Translations under genes and position numbers: made by a program
Source: Felis catus
Lineage: Eukaryota
Direction: 5' to 3'
DNA: 64,000 nt
NCBI RefSeq assembly: GCF_018350175.1
Contig: NC_058383.1
Location: 19,656,001 to 19,720,000 of the forward strand
In this document: one piece after another, positions 48,426 through 60,339 of the stretch
How positions within the stretch are numbered: the first letter of the stretch is position 1
Layout: each line of letters begins with the position of its first letter
The notes under the pieces: model-generated
Seen by the model: only the letters and a program-made list of their open reading frames with translations
What the model was told of the DNA's origin: nothing
Databases searched by the model: none

Positions 48426-49304
48426 CTGTTCCGTGGCACACATAATTACAGAAGCGTATGCTCAGTGACTGTTGAAAGGAAGTGACAGTGCCGGGATGGA
48501 AGTCCTGGACTTCGGAGGTCCGGGTAAGTGGGTTTTTGCTGAACATCTTCTACTGTCCAGCCCCCACTGCCCATCCCGGATCACATTAGCGCAACAGCTG
48601 GCTGCCACTGAGGTCATAGCGGGGTAGTGCTTCTTGGCCCACTAGTATATGCGTTGGCCTTATGGGCAGTTCTGCAGTGTGTTCATAGGAAAGCCAGTAA
48701 ACACACAGCAAATAAAAATACCGAAGGGAGGGAGAAAGGAATCGCTCGCAAGTGAATAATCCAAATCCCTCGGGCTTTGTGTTTGCTCAGTCTTGGCACA
48801 CGGCCTTGTTCGTGTAACCTGGGGCGTCTGGTCCCCTAATCTGAGTTGGAACATTGGGTCAGTCTGCTGTTGGCCAGCCGAGAAACACTTAGCTACTGCG
48901 TTTCTAACTCACTCGTGGTATGTTGTTCGTTCCCTTGCCTCGGAGACTCTGTCTCTCTGTTGCTGAGAAAAGGAGGGGCGGGGGTTATGCTTCTCTTGTT
49001 TCTGGTTAATTTTGTGGCTAGAGAAAATTTCGTGGGAAAGACAAAGGCACAACACAGTTTTACCACAACAACTACCGGTCCCATGGTGATGCAGGATGTT
49101 GTAGGAATCACCAGCGTGCACCTTGTACAAGTTCACATGCTACTGAACACAACCCTTCTCAGTTTGGCGGTCAAAGCCAAGCTCAAAAGAGAGGGGTGGT
49201 AGGATAACACATCTTCAGGACGTGGCTGGTCTCCTGTGACCAAGAAATATCACTTTTCTGCTCCCTTGAGCTCCTGGGTTCGCTCATGTCCTCACACTGC
49301 TGTG

Positions 49305-49795
49305 CGCAGGGGAGGAAAATCTTTTCCCTTCTTGGCTTCCAGATTCTTTGGCCGGGCCCAACAATTACATTGACACGAGACAGGAGAGAAACAAGTTTAA
49401 TTTCATACGCACGGGGGCTCGTAAAAATCTAAGACTCGAAGAAGTGGCCAGAGGAGGCAGCTTTTCGTAATCTTCAGGCGACGAAACAATACGTGTGGGA
49501 AGAATTAATGACACAAAGCAGTTTGGGCTCGGGGCAGGAAAGGAGGGAGATAACGAGGGTGGTTTCCATGGCCTTCTCGGCCCTGAGTTGCCACATCTCT
49601 GCCGATAAGGATGCCTTCTGCCTTCCACATACAGGGAGGCCACTCTCCACACGGGGCAAGTTAGTCCTGCTTTTAGAGGGACACAGGAGAGTCCGAGTGT
49701 CCTTCTGAGACTGGCGGTTTCTTAAGTAGCTTGAATTCAAACCAATCGATATGCCCAAGTGTCATGTTTCGGGACGGGGCCTGCACTGAACCCCA
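49305..49795 (-). mobile_element. Probable solo ERV1-class LTR
   Basis: ATTGACACGAGACAG...AAACAAGTTTAATTTCATACGCACGGGG and CTTAAGTAGCTTGAATTCAAA...ATGCCCAAGTGTCATGTTTCGGG resemble MER34/CarLTR-type LTRs. Confidence 0.6.
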
Positions 49796-50049
49796 TGGCG
49801 GATATAGGACTATGTTTCGTCTGCACACGACCCGCACTTTCCAGGGTCAGCAATGAGGTTTCACTAAACACGAAGCCTGTCTTTTTCAGACTGTCCTTAA
49901 GGTTTCCTCCACCTCTGCAGCCACTCAGTCTTTTTTCCCCGCAGTTCTGTCTTGATTCTCTAATTACCTTCTAACCTCCTCTACGTGGAATCACACATCA
50001 TACCCTCCTCTTTTTCCTCTAGCGCTCTCCTCCTTGTTCAACCCGTTAA

Positions 50050-50242
50050 TTTTTTTTTAGATATTTTTTTTTAAAGCTTATTTATGTTGAGAGAGAGAGA
50101 GGGCAAGAGAGTGGTGGGGGGGGGGGAACAGAAAGAGGGAGAGAGAGAGAGTCCCAAGCAGGCTCCACCCTGTGAGCCCAGAGCCCGACGTGGGGCTGGA
50201 ACCCACAAACCGCGAGATCATGACCTGAGCTGAAACCAAGAA
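50050..50242 (-). mobile_element. Carnivore SINE lacking its 5' head
   Basis: Body ends at GAGCTGAAACCAAGA and joins MER44-like DNA. Confidence 0.85.
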
Positions 50243-50552
50243 GTTTAACTTATAAATTAGTTAACCGTAAAAGGTTAACAACACAAATTGTTAGTAAAAT
50301 AGAACAATTGTAACAGTGCACTGTAACAAAAGTTATATGAATGGGTCTCTCTCTCTCTCTTAAAGTGTCTTATTATCCTGTCTTTGTGAGAATGGGAGAT
50401 GGTGTCCGTGATGAGAAGAAGTGAGGGGCGTGATTAGGCTCTGTGACGCAGTGCGAGGTTACTATTGACCTTCTGATGATACTGGGACGATTGCCTGCTT
50501 CTGGACTGTGTTTGACCGCGGGGAACCGAAACCGCGGATAAGGGGGCACCGC
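50243..50552 (+). mobile_element. MER44/Tigger7-type DNA transposon fragment
   Basis: TAAAATAGAACAATT...AAAAGTTATATGAATG and terminal TTGACCGCGGGGAACCGAAACCGCGGATAAGGGGG. Confidence 0.75.
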
Positions 50553-52334
50553 TCTCCAGCTCCAGGCTCATAACCAGCACTCTCTTCATCTGGCCCTATC
50601 CATCCTCCCACGCCTTCTGGGCCTTTCCCCCTAGCAATCTCTAAGATCTCTCTGACCCCAAAAGCCCAAGACCAAAGTCATTATCTTTCTGCAACCTCAC
50701 TTCTCCGTGTTCTCAGACTCGGTTAATGCCGTCACCATTCAATTAAGCAAGCTGGAAACAGTGTCTTCACCTTTGACTTCCCTCTCTCTGTCTCTGTCTC
50801 TGTCTCTGTCTCTCTTTCTCTCTCCCCTTGTCTCTCATGAAAGACAAACACGAGCTGCCACGATCTGTCTACTTGGGTCTCCGTATTCACACCTGACCTG
50901 TTTCCCTTTCCCCACTGCCTCCGCCCTGGTCCAGGCCCTAACTCCCTCTCGCATGACCTAAAGTGACATCCTTCCCTGCTTTGCGTTGCTGGTGGCAGTC
51001 TCCGTGTATCGCCTCCCCAGTACCATTGTACCCCTTCCTCCCCCCAACTTCATCCAGCCTGTAATGGCCCCCACACCTAGAGAAGGAATCATGAGCAATC
51101 CCATTGCCCCCGAACAGATTCTCACCTTCCCCAGCTCGCTTGCAGCGAGGGGAGGCAACGTGATTCCACCCTGGCCAGTAAGACATACGGGGCAAATCCG
51201 GAAAGAGACCCACGAAGAGAAAGACCTCCATGCCCCTCCCCCACTACCATCATTTTCCTTTGTGTTCTAGAAGCTTAAGCTCTGTAGGCTGGCCGAAACC
51301 CTTTAGATGCTACAACGCAGCCCCCAACGTCTCTCTCCTCCAACATTGCCCACTTCCCCACTGCCCACCTCACGCTGGAGCTTGGCGGGAGAATGCTTAG
51401 GCCCGGGGACATCCTTTGTGGAGGCTGGTCTCCAGGGATGGGGTGCAAGTCAAGCCTGCCCCCCAGCAGTCATGGTCTTGTGCAGCCCTCTCCTGCTCTG
51501 AATCTGCACTGGTGCTGGGAAAAAGGTTAAGTCCCAGATCCTAGCAAAGGACCTGATGTCCAGCCAGCCTGCACCAAGACGACCCACCAGATTCCGGCTT
51601 TGTGCTCCCGGCAGCCCTAGTAAGCAATCCAACCTGGCCGAGACCCCAGGCTTCGAGGTGCCAGTTAACCACAGGGGAGGCCACGTGGAGGACAGCTGCT
51701 GCGAATCTCAGTCAACACAGAAGACCGCGGCCTCACATTCGTGGTAGAGCTTGAACGGTCCCCACCAGCCCCCACCCCCTTGTGTCCACGTGGAGCACAG
51801 ACAAGCCGGGTCAGCTGGGGTGGAAAAGCAACTGAAAATCACTTCTTCTGGTCACACTCAACTCATTTTCTCTTTCTGGCGGAGGACTGCCCCTCTCCTG
51901 CATCCACGCTTTGTTTGCATTGCCCTCGGCCTGGACTGTCTTTCCTCCCCATCCAACGTGTCCCTTCCTTCAAGCTTCATCTTGAAGGCCACCTCTTCTA
52001 GAAAACCTCCATTACGTCAAGCCCTAGAACCGTTGGGCCATTGGCCCGCCAGCGTTCACCTCCCTTTCTGTTGCAACGGCTCACCAGTGTTATTGGGATG
52101 CATGATGCCTCCTTTTTGGTGGGAACCGTCCATCAACTTGTCCACTTACCTGTGTCCTGGGTGGAACATAACACCTGCCTAGGCCAGTCGGCCGCGCTCT
52201 CCCTCCAGGGCAAATCCTGAGATGGGTGACGGGAAAAACTGTAAGTGGGTGACGGCCTGACCCCGTCTCCTGCTGGCCAGGCCTCCCAGGCTGCTCTGAT
52301 CCCTGGTCAGTGCAAGAGCTGATTCTTGAGACCA

Positions 52335-52690
52335 GGAGCTTACCAATTATTCCATTTGTCCCCTTAGGTTTCCCGGCTGCCTGCAGTTAGGGCAGACCAT
52401 GTGACTAGTTCTGACTGATGACAATAGAGTAGAAATGACACATGTCACTTTCAGGCTGAGGCAGTAAAAAGCCCCTGGGCCAAACTCCAGTCTCCAGAGA
52501 CCCCTGCGTGGTCACCGAGGAGGCTTCACGTTTAGGGCATGTGGCTACAAGATCGGGGAGCCTCTGTGCGTCTGAGTCCCCGGGCGAGTGCCGAGGAGAG
52601 CTGTCCTGTCGCTCACGGGGTATATGACACGCCCTAGAAACAACAAGTGGGGGATGTTCGTTACAGCACCATAACCTTGACTCTCTTGAA
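52335..52690. mobile_element. MLT1-type LTR relic
   Basis: TGCAGTTAGGGCAGACCATGTGACTAGTTCTG...GTTCGTTACAGCACCATAACC. Confidence 0.7.
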
Positions 52691-53419
52691 TAATAAACAT
52701 ATGCCCAATATCCTTCCAAGAAACTTTTGTATTTATACACATGTATTTTTGCTAAAGTTATCCAGAGTTATCCAGATCTGCAACTATTTTTCTGTTGTTC
52801 CCAAAGGAATTCATAATTTTCAAATCAGAGAAAAATCAAATAAAAGTGCCCCAGGAAGCTATTGAACCAATGAAGAACCACAGAGAAGAGGAAATCCTCT
52901 ACTTTTTGCCCATTTTGTTATTTTTTAAGTTTTTAAAAAATGTATTCGTTTTTGGCACCTAAAATAGCTCAACTGGTAAATTCTAAGAGCATTTAGCAGT
53001 TTCTTCTTTAAGTGCATTACTAACATGTATCTATCTTTTTTTTTTTTTTATCAGCTATTTTTTTCATCAACCTGACTCTAAGGACTAACACTAACCTTTG
53101 CATCTTACCACACTGCTGGACACCTTCCAAGCCTCTTGATCACTCATTAGGACGAACACAAAAATTAAATGAAAATGAAAATTTTGGTGAGTCAGCTAGG
53201 TGCTTTCTTTTCAACCTTGGTTCCCAACACCACTTGCCAGTGAGGTTTTTTTGTGTTTTGTTTTTTTCTTTTGGTGACAAAAGGTACTTTTATTATAACA
53301 CAGGGACAGGACCCATGGGCAGAAAGAGCTGTGCTGGCTTTGTGGGGAGTAACTGATTATATACTTTTTGGCTAGGGAGGGTCTAAGTGCATTTTATTTT
53401 ATTTATTTATATTTTTGCA

Positions 53420-53455
53420 GGAGAATTTTAAATTTTTTCTTAACATTTATTTATT

Positions 53456-53492
<37 letters not shown>

Positions 53493-53657
53493 ATGAGCAG
53501 GGGAGGGGCAGAGAGAGGGGGATACACAGAATCTGAAGCAGGCTCCGGGCTCCGAGCTGTCAGCATGGAGCCCGACGCGGGGCTCAAACTCACGCACCGT
53601 GAGATCGTGACCTGAGCTGAAGTCGGACACTTAACCGACTGAGCCACCCAGGCACCC
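53420..53657 (-). mobile_element. Carnivore SINE
   Basis: Consensus match; degenerate TSD ATTTTTGCA..GAATTT. Confidence 0.93.
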
Positions 53658-53876
53658 CAATTTTTGCAAGTGAATTTTGATTAAGAGATTTGAAAATACG
53701 ATTACCTCTCTATTTTATGATGATAGTACTATACATATATTTCATATGACATCTCTATATATCATATATATTATATCATTTCATGTCATATCATATATGT
53801 CATATAAATCTCTATATATCATATTACATACATAATCTCATAACTGTTTGTCATAACTTCAAAAAAACCTTTATGA

Positions 53877-54098
53877 GGGGCGCCTGGGTGGCTCAGTCGG
53901 TTAAGCGTCCGACTTCGGCTCAGGTCACGATCTCGCGGTCCGTGAGTTCGAGCCCCGCATCGGGCTCTGGGCTGATGGCTCAGGGCCTGGAGCCTGCTTC
54001 CGATTCTGCGTCTCCCTCTCTCTCTGCCCCTCCCCCGTTCATGCTCTGTCTCTCTCTGTCTCAAAAAATAAATAAACGTTAAAAAAAAAAAAAAAAAA
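53877..54098 (+). mobile_element. Young Felis-type SINE
   Basis: Near consensus, pure A tail, TSD AAAAACC(C)TTTATGA. Confidence 0.96.
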
Positions 54099-54424
54099 CC
54101 CTTTATGAGATGCCAAAGAGTAAAATACTTTTGAAACATCGGAACGACAACACTATTCACTGAGCTCACTTCATGATGGACACTTTATGTACGGCTTTTA
54201 GTTTTTATGTCTCCACCCCCCCATCCCCAATCCTGATGTTTAACATCATATTGTAGGCACAAGGGAGATGCAAAGATCTGCAACTGTTTTCCGGTTGTTC
54301 CCAAAGGAATTCATAATTTTCAAATCAGAAAAAAAAAAAAAAGATAAAAGTTCCCCCAGGAAGCTGTGGAACCAATGGAGAACCACAGAGAAGAGGAAAT
54401 CGTCTGCTTTTTGTCCGTTTTAGT

Positions 54425-54636
54425 ATTTTTTTAAGTTTTTAAAAAATGTATTTATTTTGAGAGAGAGCGCACGCGCGAGCGGGAGCAGGGTAGGGGCGGA
54501 GAGAGAGAGTCCCAGGCAGGTTCCACACTGCCAGCTCAGAGTCTGATGCGGGGCTCGAACTCACCAACCCGTGAGATCATGACCTGAGCTGAAATCAAGA
54601 GTCGGGGGCTTAAGGGACTGAGCCCCCCAGGCGACC
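54425..54636 (-). mobile_element. Carnivore SINE
   Basis: Consensus match. Confidence 0.9.
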
Positions 54637-54701
54637 CTGCTTTTGCTTATTTCTTTGAAAAGAAATGTGTGTGACGCGAAAACAATTTACAACCTGCTGC
54701 C

Positions 54702-54736
<35 letters not shown>

Positions 54737-54819
54737 GAGAGAGAATATTTTTGTTGGAGTAAGCTTTAAGAGCGTGGGACCTGGGATGGGTGAATAAATG
54801 CAAGTGTGTTTGAACTCAG

Positions 54820-54965
54820 CACTCCTCAAACTTACGCAAGCTGTGGACCTCGCTGAAACACCAATTCTGCTCCAGTAGGTTGGGGCAGCCCCTCAGACTC
54901 ATCTTGGTCTGTCAAGTTCCCTTGTGGTGCCCATGCTGTTGGCTCACGGACCACCCTCGGAGGAG
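54820..54965. mobile_element. MER5A-like relic
   Basis: ATTCTGCTCCAGTAGGTTGGGG...GCTCACGGACCACCCT. Confidence 0.55.
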
Positions 54966-55189
54966 CCGGGGCGGGGATGCCCCTGTGCGAGGCAGATGGT
55001 CCCTACAGTCCGAGAGCCCTTAAAAGGCCCATTTGGAACCACCCTGGATCTGGGGTTTTGATCAGCTTGCCCCGAATTCACCCTTTGCTCTGCTTTCTTT
55101 GTGAGTCGGTGAGATCACTAAGACCTTGCACCTCACGTGGAAACCCCTTCTCCCGTAGCCTCACCATCTCTTTAGAAAGGACTGGAGAA

Positions 55190-57395
55190 TGGGGCGCCTG
55201 GGTGGCTCCGTCGGTTGGGCATCCGACTTCAGCTCAGGTCATGATGTCGCGGGTTCGTGAGTTCGAGCCCCGCCATCGGGCTCACTGCTGTCAGCCGGTC
55301 AGCACAGAGCCCATCTCACATCCTCTGTCCCCCTCTGTGCGCTCTCCCAAAAATAAATACATATTAAAAGAAAACAAAAAGAAAGAAAAGAGTTAAGAAG
55401 GAGGAAACAGGCAGAGCAGAGTCCCAAAATAAGTGTACAATAAGTGTAAGAAATTCTACATACTAAAACACGCGCACTTTATGCATATTTAGCTTTATTT
55501 ATCTATTTATTTATGGCCACTTTTCCAACAGGACTGGACGTTTGTTTGCTCAGGCTGAAGGGCGTTAAGAGAAGGCCGTTATAAGAAGAGATTAGCACTG
55601 CTGGTGGTTTGACATGGGGAAGGAAGTGGAAATAATGAAAAGCTCTGGCCTTTCTCTTTTAATTTTTTTAAAATGTTTTTTATTTATTTTTGAGACGGAG
55701 AGAGACAGAGCACAAGCAGGGGAGGGGCAGAGAGAGAGGGAGACACAGAATCGGAAGCGGGCTCCAGGCTCTGAGCTGTCGGCACAGAGTCTGACGTGGG
55801 GCTTGAACTCACAGACCGCGAGATCATGACCTGACCCGAAGTCGGACGCTTAACTGTCTGAGCCGCCCAGGCGCCCCTGGCTTTTCATTTCTAATAATTA
55901 ACAAGCAACGGCAGTCTTGGGATATTTCACGGAAAAGCAAAAAAGCCCGAGATGTAGTCATTGTCCTCAGAGACGTCCTGTACTCATCAAGAAAAGTCAT
56001 TGCTTACAGGAGCAGATAAGTCTATATTTTAGAACCACTAATACAGAAAATAGAAAAAGGTTTTAGCATGCCTGTGCTTGAAGGGATAATCTAGTTCTAG
56101 GGAAAATTCGCTCGCATGAAACAATTCTCAGAACGCTGTATATACATGGCTTTAACTATCTCCTAATTGTACATAAGATCAGTCTTATTAGACCCCCTCC
56201 AAATCTTTATGATCACAGACTCCATTTATTTTGGAAACAGTGTTTCTTTTTTTATTTTTTTATGTTTATTTATTTTTGACAGAGAGAGAGCGAGCATGAG
56301 TGGAGGAGGGGCAGAGAGAGAGGGAGACACAGAATCCGAAGCAGGCTCCAGGATCTGAGCACAGAGCCTGACATGGGGCTTGAACTCACAAACTGCGAGA
56401 TCATAACCTGAGCCGAGGTCGGACGCTCAACCAACTGAGCCACCCAGGCGCCCCGAAATACAGTATTTCTTATGATTGTAAAATAAAAAAATGCTTTTGG
56501 AAAGAAGTTGAAAAATATAAGGAAGCCACAAGAAAAAAAAAATTTACCTATAATCCTCCCAGTCCGGGATAGTCACTGATAAAATTTTGGTATATATTCT
56601 TCTAGTTTTCTCTCTCTCTCTTACAATATTCTGCATTATGGCTTTCTTTTTTCTGACTTCAACTATGCTTTGAAAACATGACTTTTCAGTTATGTAATAT
56701 TCTGCAAATATTCTGCAGAATTTTTATTTATTCCAACCATTCCTCTCTTTATAAAGCTATTTGGAGTCATTCAAATTGTTGCCATTCTTCCTGATAAAAT
56801 TAAGGCTCTGATGCATTTTTTTGGTTTTGTCCATTAACCTTTGGGTGCATGTCTGATTATTCCCTCAGATGGATTCCCAGAAGTGGAATTACAAGGTCAA
56901 CGAACATGATGTGTGTGTGCTGTCGAGGAGCGTGGCCAAATTGCCCTTTAGAAAGACTGAGCGGTCTACACTGCCTTGGGGAGCGGGGATATTTCTCAAC
57001 CCTGTGTCTGAGTCTTCCTGGACTTTAAACAGGAATTGATTTTACAATTGACACTTGGGGCCTGCCACCATCCCTCCAGGAGGAAGGATGAGTAGAGGGA
57101 GATCACTTTCCCATTCTGCCCCACTGGCTCGGACCCGTCACCTCCACCGGGTCCAACCTAAAATGTGATGAATCCAAAAAACACGTGAGTATGTAGGTGT
57201 GAAAGAGGACCATCAAAGGAAAGTGGAAAGGGTCTGACCAGGACTCCGGTGAAACCTCATCTTGCCCCTCACCCTTTCCACTGATGGCCGTGTACTTCTA
57301 GAAAAACCAAAAATATGATTTTTGTCCTTGTGTTCACACTTCCTATCAGAAATTGTCTTTATTTTTATTTTTTAAATATTTATTTATTTATTTAT

Positions 57396-57433
<38 letters not shown>

Positions 57434-58290
57434 GGGAAGAGACAGAGAGAGAAAGGGAAAGCGAGGGAATCCCAAGCAGGCTCCGCGTTATCAGCACAAA
57501 ACCTGGCATGGGGCTCGAACTCACAAACTGTGAGATCAAGACCTGAGCCGAAATCAAGACTCAGACGCTTAAATGACTGAGCCACCAGGCGCCCCGAGTA
57601 ATTGTTTTTAAATTTTATTTATTTATTTTTAAAAGATTTATTTACTTTTGACAGAGAGAGAGAGAGAGAGAGAGAGCAAGCCGGGGAGGGGCAGAGAGAG
57701 AAGGAAACAAAGGATCTGAAGTGGGCTTTGTGCTGACAGCAGATAGCCTATGCGGGGCTTGAACTCACGAACCTGGAGATCATGACCTGAGCCAAAGTCG
57801 GAGGCTAAACAGACTGAGCCACCCAGGTGCCCCTAGAAATTGTTTTTAAATACAGAAGAGTGAAAGTGAACAAAATAACGTTCATTCACTTTCCCACCAC
57901 CCAACATTAACCTCTGTTAGCATTTAGGCATATTTGTTAGCATTCAGGCATATTTGCCCCGATCAGAAAAGTAGACAACCACTATATGAATATACATTCA
58001 TTCATTCAATGTATACATTTATATACATTTTGCTATTTTAATTTAACATTTGAACATGACAGGGGCGCCTGGGTGGCTCAGTTGGTTGAGTGTCCGACTC
58101 TTGACCTCAGCTCAGGTCATGATCTCACAGTTCATGAGATCGAGCCCCACGTTGGGTTCTATGCCGATAATGTGGAGCCTGCTTAGGATTCTCTCTCTCT
58201 CTCCCTCTCTCTCTCTCTCTGCCCCTCCCCTGCTGACACGCTCTCGGTCTCTCTCAAAATAAAAATAAAAAAATAAACAAAACAAAACTC
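55190..58290. mobile_element. Six SINEs (55190-55390 +, 55660-55877 -, 56245-56454 -, 57358-57594 -, 57605-57833 -, 58062-58288 +) among old antisense L1 relics
   Basis: Consensus matches. Confidence 0.9.
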
Positions 58291-58731
58291 ATCCATATAG
58301 ATACTTGTGAGTGAATTCATCCCTCTTAATGTCATAGGATTAGCCATCCTACATGAATATTTTGCTGTTTTGTTTCCTTGTTCATGGATAGTTAGGACGT
58401 TTGCATTGTTTCTTCTATCGGCAACACTGTTGGAGCAAACCTCTCAAGATCACAAGGGAGATTTTCTCCAGTGAAATTCCTGGAAGTAGAGTTTCCAGAC
58501 CAGATTGCTCTCCAGAGCAACTCTGATATTTACAACTCCTCCAGATGTGCGTAGGGATGCTGGTCTCCCTTCCCTCTCCCTACCTAGGCAACATTTTGTC
58601 ATTCTTATGGGGGAAAGTTGGTATCTTTTTGTTGTTTGTATTTCCAACTGATAGTAAGATCAGCATCCTTCCATGCTTCCTTTTTAGCCATTTGAATCTC
58701 CTCTTCTGGAAGAGATGGTCTGTTTAAAAAC

Positions 58732-59636
58732 ATTTTTTTTTTAATTGGAGTATTGTTGACACACAATGTTACATTAGTTTTAGGTGTACAACCCTGTGAT
58801 TCAGCATCTCTGCACATTACGTTGTGTTCGTAAGCGTGGGCTCCATCTGTCCCTATGTGGTGTCATTAGAATATCATTGACCGTATTCCCTATGCTGTGC
58901 CTTTCATTCCCATGACTTATTCATTCTGTAACTGGCCGCCTGTATCCCCCACCCCCTTCCCTCCAGCAGCCATCGGTTTGTTCTATTTATAGGTCTGGTT
59001 CTGCTGTTTGTTTGCTTATTTACTGGTTTTGTTTTTTAGATTCCAGATATGGGTGAAATCGTATGGTATTTGTCTTAGTCAGATTGATATCATTTAGCAT
59101 AAATAGCCTCTAGGTCTGGACCCGTAGATTGCTTCCATACCTTGGCTATTGCAAATAATGCTGCAAGAAACATAGGGGTGCATGTATCTTTTTGAATCAG
59201 TGCTTTTGTTTCCTTTGGGTAAAAACCCAGTGGTGGAATTATTGGATCATATGGTATTTTCTGTTTTTAGTTTTTTGAGGAATCTCCATGCTGTTTTCCA
59301 CGGTGGCTGCACCAATTTACGTTCCCACCAATGGCGCACGGAGGTTCCTTTTTCTCTACATCCTCACCAGCACTTGTCATCTCTTATCTTTTTAATTTTA
59401 GCCATTCTCACAGGTGTAAGATGATATCTGGTGGTTTTGGTTTGCATTTACCTGGTTGGTATCCAAAATACATGAAGAACTTATACAACTCAACACCAAA
59501 ATAATAATAATAATAATAATAATAATAATTCAAAATCCAATTAAATATGGGCAAAGGACCTGAATAGACATTTTTCCAAAGAAGACAGACAGGCAGCCAA
59601 CAGACACATGAAAAGATGCTCAACATCTCTCGTCAT
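58732..59636 (-). mobile_element. Carnivore L1 3' fragment with inverted 5' segment
   Basis: Antisense 3' end 58732-59454; sense ORF2 segment 59455-59636. Confidence 0.85.
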
Positions 59637-60124
59637 AAGAGACAGCCTTGTGAGACACCGAGAGACTCAATTTTTGCATCCTTGCTTATAATATACATGG
59701 ACCTGAGGTTTTCCTTAATTCTGCTGTTCTTGTACCTAGATTAGATTAGCCCATAGAATGCTTGGGTAGACTTCTCTGTCCTGTTCATATCCTGGTGCCA
59801 TTTGCATAATATAGTTTGTTTTATATTTTGCATTTGTATGTGTGTGTATCACTCTAGTTGAACTATCTCAGCCTGGGCATTTTCAGAGTTGGAGAAGATC
59901 CGTCGCTTTTCAGTTTCATGGGTGATTATTGGTCTGTTCTCTTCCAGGGCCAAGTTTTGTCATTTGTATTTTTGTCAAAAATTCCCCCTTTATCTAGATT
60001 TCCAAATGTATTGGCATACATTTGTCCATAGTATACTCTTCTGCTTTCTAAAATTTTTATACTCTACCTGGTATGTCTCTTTTGCCATTTATAGCATTAC
60101 ATGTGTTATTTTTTATATAAATCT

Positions 60125-60339
60125 TTAAAAATTTTTAATGTTTATTTATTTGAGAGAGAGAGAGAGAATTCGAGCAGGGGAGGGGCAGAGAGAGAGGGAG
60201 ACACAGAACCCGAAGCAGGTTCCAGGCTCTAAGCTGTCAGCACAGAGCCCTACACAGGGCTCGAACCCATGAACCGTAAGATCATGCATGACCTGAGCCG
60301 AAGTCAGATGCTTAACCGACTGAGCCAACCAGATACCCC
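60125..60339 (-). mobile_element. Carnivore SINE within old antisense L1
   Basis: Consensus match. Confidence 0.92.

Larger units (their letters stand above)
52774..54459 (+). repeat. Dispersed ~180-bp direct duplication (52774-52954 and 54274-54459)
   Basis: Both copies read AGATCTGCAACT...GTTGTTCCCAAAGGAATTCATAATTTTCAAATCAGA...AGAACCACAGAGAAGAGGAAATC...AAGTTTTTAAAAAATGTATT. Confidence 0.92.

Noticed and set aside
57915..57954. 20-bp tandem duplication (also a 22-bp one at ~4468-4511)
   Set aside because: Ordinary slippage duplications with no sign of function
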